A stretch of 64,000 bases of DNA from a virus. Positions within the stretch are counted from its first letter, which is position 1; each line of letters starts with the position of its first letter. Shown piece after piece: positions 1 through 9,556 of this stretch. Below the pieces are notes generated by a model. That model had not been told where the DNA came from and made no database searches. It saw nothing but the letters and a program-made list of their open reading frames with translations. Both the position numbers and the translations under genes were made by a program. The stretch is taken from positions 46,676-110,675 of the IMG/VR virus record IMGVR_UViG_3300010354_015978. The stretch is one strand, 5' to 3'.

Positions 1-15
1 CACTCTAGTGTAGCA

Positions 16-708
16 TTATCCTGCTGAGTCAGCAACGAAGTCTGATGCCATGGGGAATACCTGGGCAATGACTTGCGCACAGGCTCGCGCCACTTCTTGA
101 TGTTCTTTTTGTGTGCCGTGTCCGCTGCGCAGTTCTATGAAATGGATCCAACTGCGCAGGGTACCATTCATGTAGAGTCTGCTTTCTACAAGCCCTTCTG
201 GTAGCACGGCCCGAGCCTGCTCTTTGGCGATGCCATTGCGGGCCGCCCACTCGTATACTTCACGGGCCTTGTTGATGACTTCCAGTTGCTTGGTGTGCCA
301 GACCTTGGCCAGTTCCTGGGCCTCGGTGTCAGTGGGGTCAAGCTCTATGCTGTTTTGTCGATTCTTGGTGTCTTGTAGCCGTGCTTCTCTAACCACGAAA
401 TCGAGGTCTCGAGTTGGGTCAGCATATCTCTGGCTGAATTCCTGGAATGAGAAACTTCTGTGTCGGAGGATTTGTCGGGCGATGTCTCGGGTGGTGCGGA
501 TTTCAAGACATGCTGACACCATTTCGAGCGGGCTCCAGTGTTGGTGTCGTACCAGGTATCGTATGAGCCGTTGGGATGTTTCGCTGTTAAATTGGTTGCT
601 GGGATTGCTGACACGGGCGCAATACGCGATGAGTTCTTGCGCATCCGTGAGGCCCAGATCTCTAAATTCCTCAGTGGGTTGGCTGTGGGATACGAGACGA
701 ACATTCAT
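16..708 (-). CDS. thyX: FAD-dependent thymidylate synthase
   Basis: ThyX motif RHRSFSFQEFSQRY; HWSPLE; GIAKEQARAVLP; LRSGHGTQKEH. Confidence 0.96.
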   Translation of the reverse strand: MNVRLVSHSQPTEEFRDLGLTDAQELIAYCARVSNPSNQFNSETSQRLIRYLVRHQHWSPLEMVSACLEIRTTRDIARQILRHRSFSFQEFSQRYADPTRDLDFVVREARLQDTKNRQNSIELDPTDTEAQELAKVWHTKQLEVINKAREVYEWAARNGIAKEQARAVLPEGLVESRLYMNGTLRSWIHFIELRSGHGTQKEHQEVARACAQVIAQVFPMASDFVADSAG

Positions 709-1010
709 TGTATACCTTTTAAGAGTTTGTCGGTTTCGGGCTGCAATCGTTCCGCCACGGCTTCCACATCCAGCACGAATTCCATGCTGGCGATGTGTTG
801 CTCGTTATCGCGGATGTAGCGATCCACGATGTTTTCTACCACGGCCGGGGCTGCGCCTTGATCGCGCAGTTTACGTAGATTGATAGTGCGTTGTCTGCGA
901 TCCTGTGTGCGGAATATGATCTTCTTGACACATTCAATTGGTACATGCTCTTTGTCAACTTGCTCTACGATGTCTTCCCAGCGTTTTAGGAAGTCATTAG
1001 TTAGCAGCAT
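705..1010 (-). CDS. hypothetical protein (start re-assigned to MLLTNDF)
   Basis: ORF tightly packed between neighbours; stop overlaps the thyX start. Confidence 0.65.
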   Translation of the reverse strand: MLLTNDFLKRWEDIVEQVDKEHVPIECVKKIIFRTQDRRQRTINLRKLRDQGAAPAVVENIVDRYIRDNEQHIASMEFVLDVEAVAERLQPETDKLLKGIQ

Positions 1011-1695
1011 CCGCCACCGCCTTGACTTTAGCAGGACGACCACGCTTGGGTTTGGCGGCTTCGCTAGGCACTCCAGTGAGACCAGCGGCTTGACTCATGA
1101 GACGCTCGGCTTCGGCCAATAGCCCTTTGGCTTCTCGGCTCATGCGTTCGGCCTGTGTCTGCAGGTCACGAGCCAAGGCAGCATCGTCCAAGGCCCGGGC
1201 AGCATCACTGCCGGCCACTGTGGAACTGCCTTGACGCACTTGATCAATGGGCGCACCTACCTCGCGACCGAACTCATCGCGCGGGCGAACCTTGCCGGTC
1301 ATGCCCTTGTTGGCATCCAGTTCGGCCAATCGCTTGATGGCCTGTTCGCCTGCGTTCATCTCGCGCAGGATGTTGTTCATCTCTTCCAGGTTCACATGGC
1401 TGCTGGGATTGGGCGTGACCACCACTTGTTTGGTCTGCACCTTTTTCAGCATGCCCTCGGCGTGCAGGGTCTGCAGCATGGGGCGTCCATCGTTGAACAG
1501 TTCACGGAACAGCACATCAGCAAGACTGTCGGCGTTTTGTGCCACCGGGCCTTCGATCACGCGCATCATGGTGTCGTGCATGGCTACCGGCAGCGTGTCG
1601 GTGTATACCAACAGCGTCATGTGTTCTTCACCGGGCACTTCCCGGAATACTATGGCTACCTTGCGGTCGCCGTGTCTACCTACGTGCTTGATCAT
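997..1695 (-). CDS. hypothetical phage protein with C-terminal KRGRP (AT-hook-like) motif
   Basis: 232 aa ORF; upstream GGAG; coiled coil followed by KPKRGRPAK. Confidence 0.8.
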   Translation of the reverse strand: MIKHVGRHGDRKVAIVFREVPGEEHMTLLVYTDTLPVAMHDTMMRVIEGPVAQNADSLADVLFRELFNDGRPMLQTLHAEGMLKKVQTKQVVVTPNPSSHVNLEEMNNILREMNAGEQAIKRLAELDANKGMTGKVRPRDEFGREVGAPIDQVRQGSSTVAGSDAARALDDAALARDLQTQAERMSREAKGLLAEAERLMSQAAGLTGVPSEAAKPKRGRPAKVKAVADAAN

Positions 1696-1913
1696 AAACT
1701 TTCTCCTTGGGACTCTTGTGGTATGTTGGGCAGATTATTCTGCGTCTGTTCCTGTGCCCGGGCTACTACGCCGTTCAGGAAGGCATCCAGTTTGTTGTAC
1801 AGAGTGCCAATGGCTGCCATCTCGTTGGCTTTGAATGCTCCACGGCTCTGTGCCAGTTCCACGATTTCTCGTAGACCCGCTAAATCGTTGATGTTGAATT
1901 CTAGGTTATCCAT
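1692..1913 (-). CDS. hypothetical protein (start MDNLEF)
   Basis: TAAATA motif just upstream; stop overlaps the next start. Confidence 0.7.
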   Translation of the reverse strand: MDNLEFNINDLAGLREIVELAQSRGAFKANEMAAIGTLYNKLDAFLNGVVARAQEQTQNNLPNIPQESQGESL

Positions 1914-1931
1914 GCAGTTATTTAATGCAAG

Positions 1932-1962
1932 AAAAACCCCGGTGAGCAAAACCCACCGGGGT
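1932..1962 (-). terminator. Rho-independent terminator after the VWA gene
   Basis: ACCCCGGTGGG-TTTT-GCTCACCGGGGT followed by a U run on the minus strand. Confidence 0.8.
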
Positions 1963-1987
1963 AATCATGCGGTTCTGGACAAATTGA

Positions 1988-3262
1988 TCAGTCGTTGTCG
2001 CCGTACAGCGCAAACACACCAAAGGGCGGGCTGGGGTTTTTGTCACCGTGTATGATCCACACCGTGTCGCAGTAGTTCTCGTCGCCCCAGGAACCGCAGG
2101 GGTAACCGTCCGTGAACACTACCAGGCGTTTGGGTTCAATGTCCTGGGCCTTCATGAAGTTGAACATGCACTCAAAGTCTGTGCCGCCACCGCCCATGAG
2201 ATCGTAGGTGTCGATGCTGTCCAGATTCTCGCTGGTGAACACCTGCAGGTTGTAGACTTCTGTGTCAAAGCATGCCACCATGATACGGTAGGCATCAAAG
2301 GTCTCCATGATGCCGCGGATCTCGCTGAGGAAGTCGCGTCCCTGCTGCTCACCAATCGAGCCCGACATGTCCATAAACACCATGATGTCGATCATGTCGG
2401 TGTTCTTCATGCCCGGCATCACAGCATCCACGTGCCAGCCCTTGCGCGAACTGCGCAGCCAAGTGTAGTCTGACTTGATGGTGCTCTCCAACTGCATGCG
2501 CAGGAGTTCGCGCCAGCTCATCTTGGGCTCGGTCAAGTTTTGGATGATGCGTTTGATGCCACCGGGCAAGGTACCAGCATCGCAAGTCTGCGCGGCGCTG
2601 AGTATGGCTTCCTTGATCTCGTCCTTGATCTTCTCGCGTTCTTCTTTGGTGAGTCGGGGACGTTTGCCGCCTTTACCGGGTTCCTTGCCTTCGCCGTCGC
2701 CCTCACCTTCATCACCGTCCAAGTGTTCGTCCAGCACACGGTCCAAGAGATCGCTGAGAGAGATCTTGTCGGCCTTTTCGTAGAGATCATCGTAGATCTC
2801 TTCCGATGCCTTGCCTTCGTATTTGGCGTCGTACAGGCACGGCACCGAAGTGATGAACTCGCCTACCTTGTGTTTCTTGAGATCGCCGTTGACAGCGAAA
2901 TCATTGGCCACGTTCCACAACTGCGGATCGCGTTCGCCGCGCCGACCAAAATGGTCATAGCAAACGTGCAGTACCTCATGCCCAAACAGGAATTCGATCT
3001 CCTTGGGCTTGAGCATCTTGATGAAACGAGTGTTGTAGTAAAAGTGGCGCCCGTCAGTGGCTGCGGTAGCACACCAGTCGTCGGCATTGACCAACTTGAG
3101 GCGCGTGGCAAGATTGCCAAAGAACGAACTGCGCAACAACAAGCCCACGCGGGCAGTTACCAGGGTTTCACGTACTTCGCGATCCACCTTGGGATCGGTG
3201 GGACCGATGAGTTGGGCAAACTTCTTTGCCATGTCTTTGTTAGCGGTATCAGTGCTCATCAA
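1988..3262 (-). CDS. metallopeptidase-like (HEXXH) + VWA domain protein (DUF2201-like)
   Basis: HEVLH; MIDAS motif DMSGS; GGGTDF; FTDGY; adjacent MoxR ATPase. Confidence 0.9.
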   Translation of the reverse strand: MMSTDTANKDMAKKFAQLIGPTDPKVDREVRETLVTARVGLLLRSSFFGNLATRLKLVNADDWCATAATDGRHFYYNTRFIKMLKPKEIEFLFGHEVLHVCYDHFGRRGERDPQLWNVANDFAVNGDLKKHKVGEFITSVPCLYDAKYEGKASEEIYDDLYEKADKISLSDLLDRVLDEHLDGDEGEGDGEGKEPGKGGKRPRLTKEEREKIKDEIKEAILSAAQTCDAGTLPGGIKRIIQNLTEPKMSWRELLRMQLESTIKSDYTWLRSSRKGWHVDAVMPGMKNTDMIDIMVFMDMSGSIGEQQGRDFLSEIRGIMETFDAYRIMVACFDTEVYNLQVFTSENLDSIDTYDLMGGGGTDFECMFNFMKAQDIEPKRLVVFTDGYPCGSWGDENYCDTVWIIHGDKNPSPPFGVFALYGDND

Positions 3263-3284
3263 GATACTCCTTTACTGTAGTCTA

Positions 3285-3313
3285 ATTATATGGGATATCG
3301 CAATACCCGTCAA
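3285..3313 (-). promoter_or_regulatory. sigma70-type promoter
   Basis: TTGACG-17-TATAAT upstream of the VWA gene. Confidence 0.8.
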
Positions 3314-3380
3314 CCGAAATAACTCATTGAGAATCAATGACTTATAGCGACCGTGGTTCTAGCAAAATCAATGACTTACG
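3309..3380. repeat. AATCAATGACTTA repeat element, copy 1
   Basis: two direct copies of aatcaatgactta; same element at ~5364, ~30821 and ~31731. Confidence 0.8.
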
Positions 3381-3391
3381 TAGCCTAAGCG

Positions 3392-3742
3392 TCACTTGGT
3401 CCTGGGGTGCGCCATCATAAAGAAACTCAGTTCCTTGTCCGTGGCCACGTAGATGCGGCATTGATTGTTGATGCCGTTGGTCCAACTCCAGTGCGGATTG
3501 ATGACCAAGGGCATCTCCATTTCGTCCTTGAGCCAGTGATTGGTCTTGCTGACATACTCACGGATGTCGTCGTACTGGCGCACTTCGGCACTCCAGCCAT
3601 AGGTGTTGAAGAACCACATCTGCGCTTCGGCAAAGTGCAAAGGTCCGTAGCCGGTGTGCATGCGGTTGGAAAATGCAATCTGGTACTGAAACAATTTGTT
3701 GTACCGATACCGCCCATCTAGTTTGGTGACTTGGTAATTCAT
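3392..3742 (-). CDS. hypothetical protein
   Basis: 116 aa; ATGA coupling with the upstream ORF. Confidence 0.75.
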   Translation of the reverse strand: MNYQVTKLDGRYRYNKLFQYQIAFSNRMHTGYGPLHFAEAQMWFFNTYGWSAEVRQYDDIREYVSKTNHWLKDEMEMPLVINPHWSWTNGINNQCRIYVATDKELSFFMMAHPRTK

Positions 3743-3978
3743 GATGCTCGACCCAGGTATTTAAGAGCGAATATGGTGGCATCGTAGGGATTGACGAAAT
3801 GGAAATCTATGATCCAGCCGTTGGTCTCTACAAGGGGCGTCTGGGCTGAAACGAATCGCCACCGCTGACCCGGGCGACCAAAGTCTTTGGAAACCCGTTG
3901 CAGTAGATCTCGCACATCTTGATGAGAATAAGGTACGAACTCGTACCTTACTCGAGAAGTTGGGGTTGGGTCCGACAT
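3739..3978 (-). CDS. hypothetical protein (start MSDPTP)
   Basis: GAGG RBS; coupled to the downstream ORF. Confidence 0.65.
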   Translation of the reverse strand: MSDPTPTSRVRYEFVPYSHQDVRDLLQRVSKDFGRPGQRWRFVSAQTPLVETNGWIIDFHFVNPYDATIFALKYLGRAS

Positions 3979-4018
3979 AGCCCTATGTCCCTCGCGGTAT
4001 GGACCCAACCCCGTTTTC

Positions 4019-5110
4019 TCAGGAGTTGGCTTGCAGGATGTACTTGCCGTAACGCTGGTGGAACTCGTCAAAGTTCTTGAGCTTGGTGGGCTGGAACGGC
4101 AGGTTGTAAGTAGTGAGCGCGATACGCGCACCCATCACCACCAACTCAGTTTCAAAGTTGTCCATCATGAAGCGGAAGAAGTTGTCCGACATGTTGTGGA
4201 ACTCCTTGTCCGGCACCTTGCGATTCTCGATGGCATCGCGCAGTTCGTAGCACATGGACGTCACAAGACTGTACATGGCGCTGACTTCTTTCACCGACAA
4301 CTCTTTGGCTTTGCCAGCCAGGATGTCTTCGGGTTTGGGCAAGCGACTTGCGATCTTGCGGTGAGCCATGAACTTCACAGCCAGCCCTTCGCCCACAGTA
4401 CCTGCGATCAAGTCCGTGGCAGTGACATCTTCGATGTCCTCGTCTTCAATGATCTGGCTGACAAAATGCCAGGAGCGCGGAGTAGCAAATGCACGGCTGG
4501 AACTGCGAGCATCAAAGTCGTACAGGTCTTGCTTGGCGAAACTCAAGTAGCCCACTACGTCGGGATGTTCGCCGTTGCGCACAGCCCACTCCAACCAACT
4601 GGCAAAGTCCACGCGCATCTCACAGTGGACGAAGCGATTAGCCAGGGGAGTGGGCATGCGATACGTGACACCTTTGTCCGACTCGCGGTTACCGGCAGCG
4701 ATCATGACCACATTGTCGGGCAAGCGATAGCGACCGATACCGCGGTTCAGCACCAACTGATAAGCCGCTGCCTGTACCGCGGGAGCCGCAGAGTTCATTT
4801 CGTCCATAAACAGCACCACCACCGGGTACTGGCTAGCCAACTCCGCATCGGGCAAGTCCACGGGCGGAGCCCAGTCCATGCGTCCGGTATCTTTGTTGTA
4901 GAAAGGGATGCCACGGATGTCAGTGGGATCCATTTGACCCAAGCGAAGGTCGATCATGAAGCCGCCCAGCTCTTGTGTGATGCTGGCTACAACTTCACTC
5001 TTGCCGATGCCGGGAGGACCCCACAAAAACATGGGACGCTTCTTGGCAAAGCACTTCATGATGGCTTTGCGGGCACCGATTGCGGTTACTGTACGATGTT
5101 CGACGGACAT
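4019..5110 (-). CDS. MoxR/AAA_5-type AAA+ ATPase
   Basis: Walker A GPPGIGKS; Walker B LFMDE; AAGN; LANRF. Confidence 0.93.
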   Translation of the reverse strand: MSVEHRTVTAIGARKAIMKCFAKKRPMFLWGPPGIGKSEVVASITQELGGFMIDLRLGQMDPTDIRGIPFYNKDTGRMDWAPPVDLPDAELASQYPVVVLFMDEMNSAAPAVQAAAYQLVLNRGIGRYRLPDNVVMIAAGNRESDKGVTYRMPTPLANRFVHCEMRVDFASWLEWAVRNGEHPDVVGYLSFAKQDLYDFDARSSSRAFATPRSWHFVSQIIEDEDIEDVTATDLIAGTVGEGLAVKFMAHRKIASRLPKPEDILAGKAKELSVKEVSAMYSLVTSMCYELRDAIENRKVPDKEFHNMSDNFFRFMMDNFETELVVMGARIALTTYNLPFQPTKLKNFDEFHQRYGKYILQANS

Positions 5111-5150
5111 AGGGCTTATCCTTTAGGGTTATTTACAAACTACAGAACAG

Positions 5151-5179
5151 AGTATACACGGGGTTGAATTGTGTGTCAA
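5151..5179 (-). promoter_or_regulatory. sigma70-type promoter
   Basis: TTGACA-17-TATACT. Confidence 0.8.
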
Positions 5180-5310
5180 GCCTTATTGTAGGCTCGCACT
5201 TGCCATTCGCCATTGCCCATCAGCCACAACACCATGTTGGGATAGGTGTGCTGCGCCATGTACTGCTCGGCATAGCGACGACGGAATGTTGAATAAAGCA
5301 CGGTGTACAT
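5176..5310 (-). CDS. 44-aa small protein MYTVLYSTFRRRYAEQYMAQH... (not in ORF track)
   Basis: open frame read by hand; downstream of TTGACC-18-TAAACT promoter (5339-5368); AAGGA RBS. Confidence 0.55.
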   Translation of the reverse strand: MYTVLYSTFRRRYAEQYMAQHTYPNMVLWLMGNGEWQVRAYNKA

Positions 5311-5363
5311 ACAATCTCTATTTCCTTATTGTCCTCGTAGTTTACGACATCCTGGGATTTTCG

Positions 5364-5428
5364 GTCAACCAGATTAACTCTAATAGAATCAATGACTTAC
5401 AGGCGTCCAGCGTAAGTCATTGATTCTC
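5364..5428. repeat. AATCAATGACTTA...TAAGTCATTGATT palindromic element, copy 2
   Basis: agaatcaatgacttac-N10-gtaagtcattgattct inverted repeat. Confidence 0.85.
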
Positions 5429-5493
5429 AAAGGATTCTTTTTGCGTGGAATCTGTGGTTTTTTCGCAACACTTGGGGTGGACTTAAATACAGC

Positions 5494-5727
5494 ATGACCC
5501 CGGCTCAGCAGCACCTACGCGACAGCGACATGACCTATTGGTATCATCTCAGGCACAGCCTGGGCAACAGCCTGACCTTGGCCAAGTTGGCCTTGACCAG
5601 TTTCGTGCATGCGTTCCTGCCGCAGGTATGGCCACAACATTCGGCGCGCGGTGTCATACGCATCTACAATCGCATGCGCAGGTACAGTCACCTGCGACGC
5701 CTGCAGAACGATCTACGAGACCTTTGA
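5494..5727 (+). CDS. small DUF6356-like protein
   Basis: HL..sgmTY..H...S..FVHAFLP pattern; paralog at 36571; TAAATA just upstream. Confidence 0.7.
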   Translation: MTPAQQHLRDSDMTYWYHLRHSLGNSLTLAKLALTSFVHAFLPQVWPQHSARGVIRIYNRMRRYSHLRRLQNDLRDL

Positions 5728-6405
5728 CCCGCGACCGCTGTAGACTTCGTGCGAAGTCAAGGCGCGCATCACAGTGACACCAGGCCATACCACGCTGTGG
5801 TCCGCCAACAGCATGGCACGACCACGGCGAGCGATCACGGTTGAGCTGACCCCCACATACACATGATGTCCAATCTGCACGTTGCCGGTGAGCCTGGCGC
5901 CGATCTGTATCACGCTGTCAGGGCCCACAGTTACATCATGACTGACATAGGCCTGGTCACGTATGGTCACATGGTCATGCACCACAGCGCCATGGTTCAC
6001 CATGGCTAGGGCACCCACGCGCACGTTGCGCCCAAATCTAGCACCGGGTGATATCACGGCAGTGGGATGTACGATGGTGGCGCCCACGAGGTTGAAGCGT
6101 GACATCCACTCCAGGTACTGCTCACGTTTGGCGTTGTTGCGCTGGATGTCGGCATCGCGGCCCGGCTGCCAGCCAGTGGCCACAAAGAACTCGTATTGCT
6201 CGCGAGTGCCGGCTCTTAAGTATTCATGATCGGGCAACAATGGTAGGCCATGTATACTGTCCTGGCCACGATAGTCACGGTCCATGATGCCATGCACCCG
6301 GCGACCCACCAGCTCAAGACTTTCCACTACATTGGGCAAGGTGCTGCAATGGCCCATGATGATCACGGGCAGATGGTCTTCACGGATGGCTTGTATGGTG
6401 CGCAT
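5713..6405 (-). CDS. hexapeptide-repeat sugar acetyltransferase (NeuD/PglD-like)
   Basis: TIVHPTAVIS followed by left-handed beta-helix repeats; N-terminal Rossmann-like part. Confidence 0.85.
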   Translation of the reverse strand: MRTIQAIREDHLPVIIMGHCSTLPNVVESLELVGRRVHGIMDRDYRGQDSIHGLPLLPDHEYLRAGTREQYEFFVATGWQPGRDADIQRNNAKREQYLEWMSRFNLVGATIVHPTAVISPGARFGRNVRVGALAMVNHGAVVHDHVTIRDQAYVSHDVTVGPDSVIQIGARLTGNVQIGHHVYVGVSSTVIARRGRAMLLADHSVVWPGVTVMRALTSHEVYSGRGSKVS

Positions 6406-6430
6406 GTATAGATTTATCACCTAGTCAAGG

Positions 6431-6454
6431 CGAGACCCACCGAAGTGGGTCTCG
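6431..6454 (-). terminator. hairpin ending the tmRNA coding piece
   Basis: CGAGACCCAC-TTCG-GTGGGTCTCG. Confidence 0.7.
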
Positions 6455-6728
6455 GGAAGTTTCTGTTTCTCGGTATTCCTACCTCAGCAAGCCTCAAGCG
6501 GCCAGTGCGTATAGATCGTCGTTTGCGTCTATAAATTTGCTCGTTTAACGTCCGTCGCCTGACGTGCTGTCCACTCAGTTACTCTTTGCCCTGTCGAAAC
6601 CTTGACTGGCCCATCAAAAAACTTCTTAGCCGACCTTTCGGTATTCTACGGAAAGAAGCCTTTTGGTGGACCAGGTGGGAGTCGAACCCACGTCCAGAAC
6701 ACCTTTCTCATCGCTTCATACAGCAATA
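6455..6728 (-). ncRNA. ssrA: circularly permuted (two-piece) tmRNA, tag (A)ANDDLYALAA
   Basis: T-arm and acceptor 3' end GGACGTGGGTTCGACTCCCACCTGGTCCACCA (ends 6664) precede the 5' end GGGCCAGTCAAGGTTTCGAC (starts 6612); G3:U70; tag ORF 6526-6494. Outer ends approximate. Confidence 0.92.
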
Positions 6729-6729
6729 A

Positions 6730-7125
6730 TCAAAAATTTACCACGAACCTGCGACCACGATACTCAAACATCACGGTCTCGCCTACTTGTCGCTGCACGG
6801 GCACAGTGTTGCAGACCTGGCGCTGTTCCACATTGACCTGATCACGGCCGATGCGTTTGCCCACACCAGCACCCACAAGAGCACCCACCACAGTGGCTGC
6901 ATCACGACCACGACCGTCGCCCACTTGGTGACCGATGATACCGCCGGCCACGCCGCCGATCACGGTGCCCACGCCAGAATTGTCACGGGTGACATCTTCC
7001 ATGTAGCATTCTTGCTGATAGGCAGTGACCATGCGAGGACGACTCCAGACTACCTGGGCCACGTCTTCCGCTGCCATGGCAGCACCGCTGACTACAAATA
7101 GACCAATCGCAAACCACTTTTTCAT
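6730..7125 (-). CDS. secreted glycine-zipper 2TM domain protein
   Basis: signal peptide MKKWFAIGLF...AMA; GTVIGGVAGGIIGHQVGDGRGRDAATVVGALVGAGVG. Confidence 0.88.
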   Translation of the reverse strand: MKKWFAIGLFVVSGAAMAAEDVAQVVWSRPRMVTAYQQECYMEDVTRDNSGVGTVIGGVAGGIIGHQVGDGRGRDAATVVGALVGAGVGKRIGRDQVNVEQRQVCNTVPVQRQVGETVMFEYRGRRFVVNF

Positions 7126-7416
7126 GGTGACTCCTTTCTTGATATTTATTACTTTACACAAAACCAATAGGTGCGTCAACCAATTTGGCGCGAAATGGGA
7201 AACCTGGGTCATGCCCAGGTCTCCTCGTATTTGATAAGTGCCAGTTGTCTCGCTAACCAAAGCCTGAACAGCACGTAGTCCGAAAGTTGGTCTTGGTGCT
7301 GACAGGTCGGGTCGGTGTTGACTTCTGGCCGCCTATATCCCACATAGATCGATTCGTCGTCAATGTAGTATGCATCATCGACTCTGCCGGCCTGTAGTAG
7401 GATAAACCTTGAAGGA

Positions 7417-7629
7417 TTACTTCTTAGCGGTTTCGGCTTTCTTATCAGCAGGCTTGGCCGCTTCGCTTTTGGCAGGCTCGGCCTTCTTTTCAGCAGGCTT
7501 GGCTGCAGGAGTGGAAGGTGCAGCAGCAGCGGGCTTGGCTTCGGCCTTCTTTTCAGCGGGCTTGGCGGGTTCGGCTGCAAAAGCGGTCACAGCAAACATG
7601 CTGGCTACGAGAGTTGCTAGGAGTTTCAT
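7417..7629 (-). CDS. small secreted Ala/Lys/Pro-rich protein (acid-shock-protein-like)
   Basis: signal peptide ending AFA; PAKPAEKKAE repeats; AAAGGA RBS. Confidence 0.8.
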   Translation of the reverse strand: MKLLATLVASMFAVTAFAAEPAKPAEKKAEAKPAAAAPSTPAAKPAEKKAEPAKSEAAKPADKKAETAKK

Positions 7630-7696
7630 ACAGTTTCCTTTCGGTTAAAAACATAGATCCTGTCTATGTACTATATTAAACGCCTTGACCTGCGTC

Positions 7697-8281
7697 CTAG
7701 TTGACATCTCTTGGCAGGGGTTTGCCCAGATCGCTCCACTGTTGATCAGTGACCCCCCGCATGCGCAGGCTGCAGGACACCCGGGGTACTGGCCCGGCAT
7801 TGACTTGTACGCTGTGTGGAACTTTGATTTGGATCAAGGTTGGCCGCCGGATCGTGACCCGATGTGTTTCTTGGACATTGTCAAGATCGAATCCCAGATA
7901 GGTCACGGGACCGGCACCAATTGTGCGTCGTGTAGGCTCGGTTCGAGCATGGTAGAATATTGTGTCAGTTTGGTCGGTGTTGAGAATAGGTAAAACCAAA
8001 CTGTGATCACAATCGCCGGTATCAAGATGTGGTGACAAGCCGTCTTGATAGGATACAACAATACCAGTACATTTCCAATTGGCCATCAATCCTAAGTCAT
8101 TGATCATTTTGCGCAGCGACGAGATTTTGGTAAATCTGTCAGGTTGCTGGTAGTGCCAATCGTCCAGATAAAAAACTGAGGTCGCTGTTTGATCTTGGAT
8201 GTTTGGGTGTATCAACGCCAACAGGTCCTCGCGTACTTGAGGCCAATTCGGATGTTGTAGTTCGATATAGGGGGTTGACAC
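7697..8281 (-). CDS. putative 2OG-Fe(II)/cupin-fold oxygenase
   Basis: HxD (PHLD) ... PHSV ... R pattern. Confidence 0.55.
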   Translation of the reverse strand: MSTPYIELQHPNWPQVREDLLALIHPNIQDQTATSVFYLDDWHYQQPDRFTKISSLRKMINDLGLMANWKCTGIVVSYQDGLSPHLDTGDCDHSLVLPILNTDQTDTIFYHARTEPTRRTIGAGPVTYLGFDLDNVQETHRVTIRRPTLIQIKVPHSVQVNAGPVPRVSCSLRMRGVTDQQWSDLGKPLPRDVN

Positions 8282-8295
8282 AAGGTACTTATGGT

Positions 8296-8370
8296 TGGTA
8301 GGCGGTGAGGGGATCGAACCCCCGACCCTCTCCGTGTAAAGGAGACGCTCTACCTCTGAGCTAACCGCCT
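8296..8370 (-). tRNA. tRNA-Val(TAC)
   Basis: cloverleaf; loop TTTACAC; CCA encoded. Confidence 0.95.
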
Positions 8371-8373
8371 AAA

Positions 8374-8451
8374 TGGTCGGAATGGAGGGATTCGAACCCC
8401 CGACCCTCTGCTCCCAAAGCAGATGCGCTAGCCAGGCTGCGCTACATTCCG
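8374..8451 (-). tRNA. tRNA-Pro(TGG)
   Basis: cloverleaf; loop TTTGGGA; CCA. Confidence 0.95.
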
Positions 8452-8718
8452 GGAAGTGCTGTCAGTGGTAAGTGGGCTGCAACCACGAAACACATAGGCT
8501 TTGGCCGTGCGTAGTTCCATGAGGCTGAGCACACCGTCACTGTTCTTGTCGGCCTGGTCAAACAGGCTCTTGCTGATCTCGCAGTCCAGGCGCAGTTCTT
8601 CAAGACTGAGGCGACCGTCCAGATTCTGATCATAGAGATCTAATCTACGTTCGGTGGCCGACTGGGCCAAGGCCGACACGCTGGCAACGGCCATCAATGA
8701 CACGATTAACTTCTTCAT
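8428..8718 (-). CDS. secreted EF-hand protein
   Basis: signal peptide MKKLIVSL; EF-hands DQNLDGRLSLEE and DKNSDGVLSLME; 3' end overlaps tRNA-Pro. Confidence 0.85.
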   Translation of the reverse strand: MKKLIVSLMAVASVSALAQSATERRLDLYDQNLDGRLSLEELRLDCEISKSLFDQADKNSDGVLSLMELRTAKAYVFRGCSPLTTDSTSRNVAQPG

Positions 8719-8744
8719 ATTTGGTACTCCTATATAGACCAACT

Positions 8745-8818
8745 TGGCTGGGGTGCATGGGCTCGAACCACGATTAGCGGAATCAAAATCCGCTGTCCTA
8801 CCATTAGACGACACCCCA
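8745..8818 (-). tRNA. tRNA-Gln(TTG)
   Basis: cloverleaf; loop TTTTGAT; CCA. Confidence 0.95.
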
Positions 8819-8820
8819 AA

Positions 8821-9069
8821 TTAGTTTTCGAAACAGCGATAACCGGCCTGATGTTCGAAAGTCAACAGGCCAGCGCGAGGAGAACCTGGACGGGTACAAA
8901 TCCCCCAATCCGTGCCAAGATCCTTGCCCAGCGGGCGCCACCACCGACAGCCGCTGGAGCAGTCGGGGTAGTATTCTTCGGGATGGTCCCAACGTTCCAC
9001 TTCTCCACCGTAGTCACGATAGTCTGTGGGCAAACGCACCAGGATGTTCCAGTACCCTTTTTCACTCAT
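8821..9069 (-). CDS. small Cys-rich protein (DUF3027-like)
   Basis: DCSSGCRWW...DWGIC..P.SPRAG.LTFEH. Confidence 0.65.
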   Translation of the reverse strand: MSEKGYWNILVRLPTDYRDYGGEVERWDHPEEYYPDCSSGCRWWRPLGKDLGTDWGICTRPGSPRAGLLTFEHQAGYRCFEN

Positions 9070-9081
9070 GGGCGTAGTATA

Positions 9082-9516
9082 CTACACCACATATTCATAG
9101 TTAATGGTTTCTGGGTTGCTGCGGAACACCAAAGCACCATTTCGGAGATGGAACTTGCGCGCCATCTCGGTGGGTGGACTGAGAGTGACGAACCTAGTGA
9201 TCTCGGGGCGATGTTCGCGGATCCAATCGCGCGCCTGGAAAATGAGATCACGCCCGGCTCCGGGCTGATAACTCCATATTGTGTAGAAGATCGCGACCAA
9301 GGGATGATCGCAGTCCTGAAAGAGATCACGCTCGCTCTCGGGTATGGTGGCCTGATAACTCACACAGGTCACGGCCAGAGCACGGTCTTGGTCCCGGCTC
9401 ACAAACACATCGCGATTGGGACCTATGCGTGTCTGTTGTGGGATGCCGGGACGCACGGGATCTTCCTCTAGCAGTCGGAACAGGTCATCGGTGGTGTTGC
9501 GTATAAGATGGAGCAT
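9082..9516 (-). CDS. hypothetical protein, possible GNAT-like fold
   Basis: FYTIWSYQPGAG...MARKFHLRNG pattern. Confidence 0.65.
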   Translation of the reverse strand: MLHLIRNTTDDLFRLLEEDPVRPGIPQQTRIGPNRDVFVSRDQDRALAVTCVSYQATIPESERDLFQDCDHPLVAIFYTIWSYQPGAGRDLIFQARDWIREHRPEITRFVTLSPPTEMARKFHLRNGALVFRSNPETINYEYVV

Positions 9517-9556
9517 AATCAACGTATATATCTAAAAGATTAAAAAACAACTAGAA

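Noticed and set aside
7209-7400. Separate small gene downstream of the Ala/Lys-rich protein
   Set aside because: The frame is open and protein-like, but I could not identify a convincing start or RBS.
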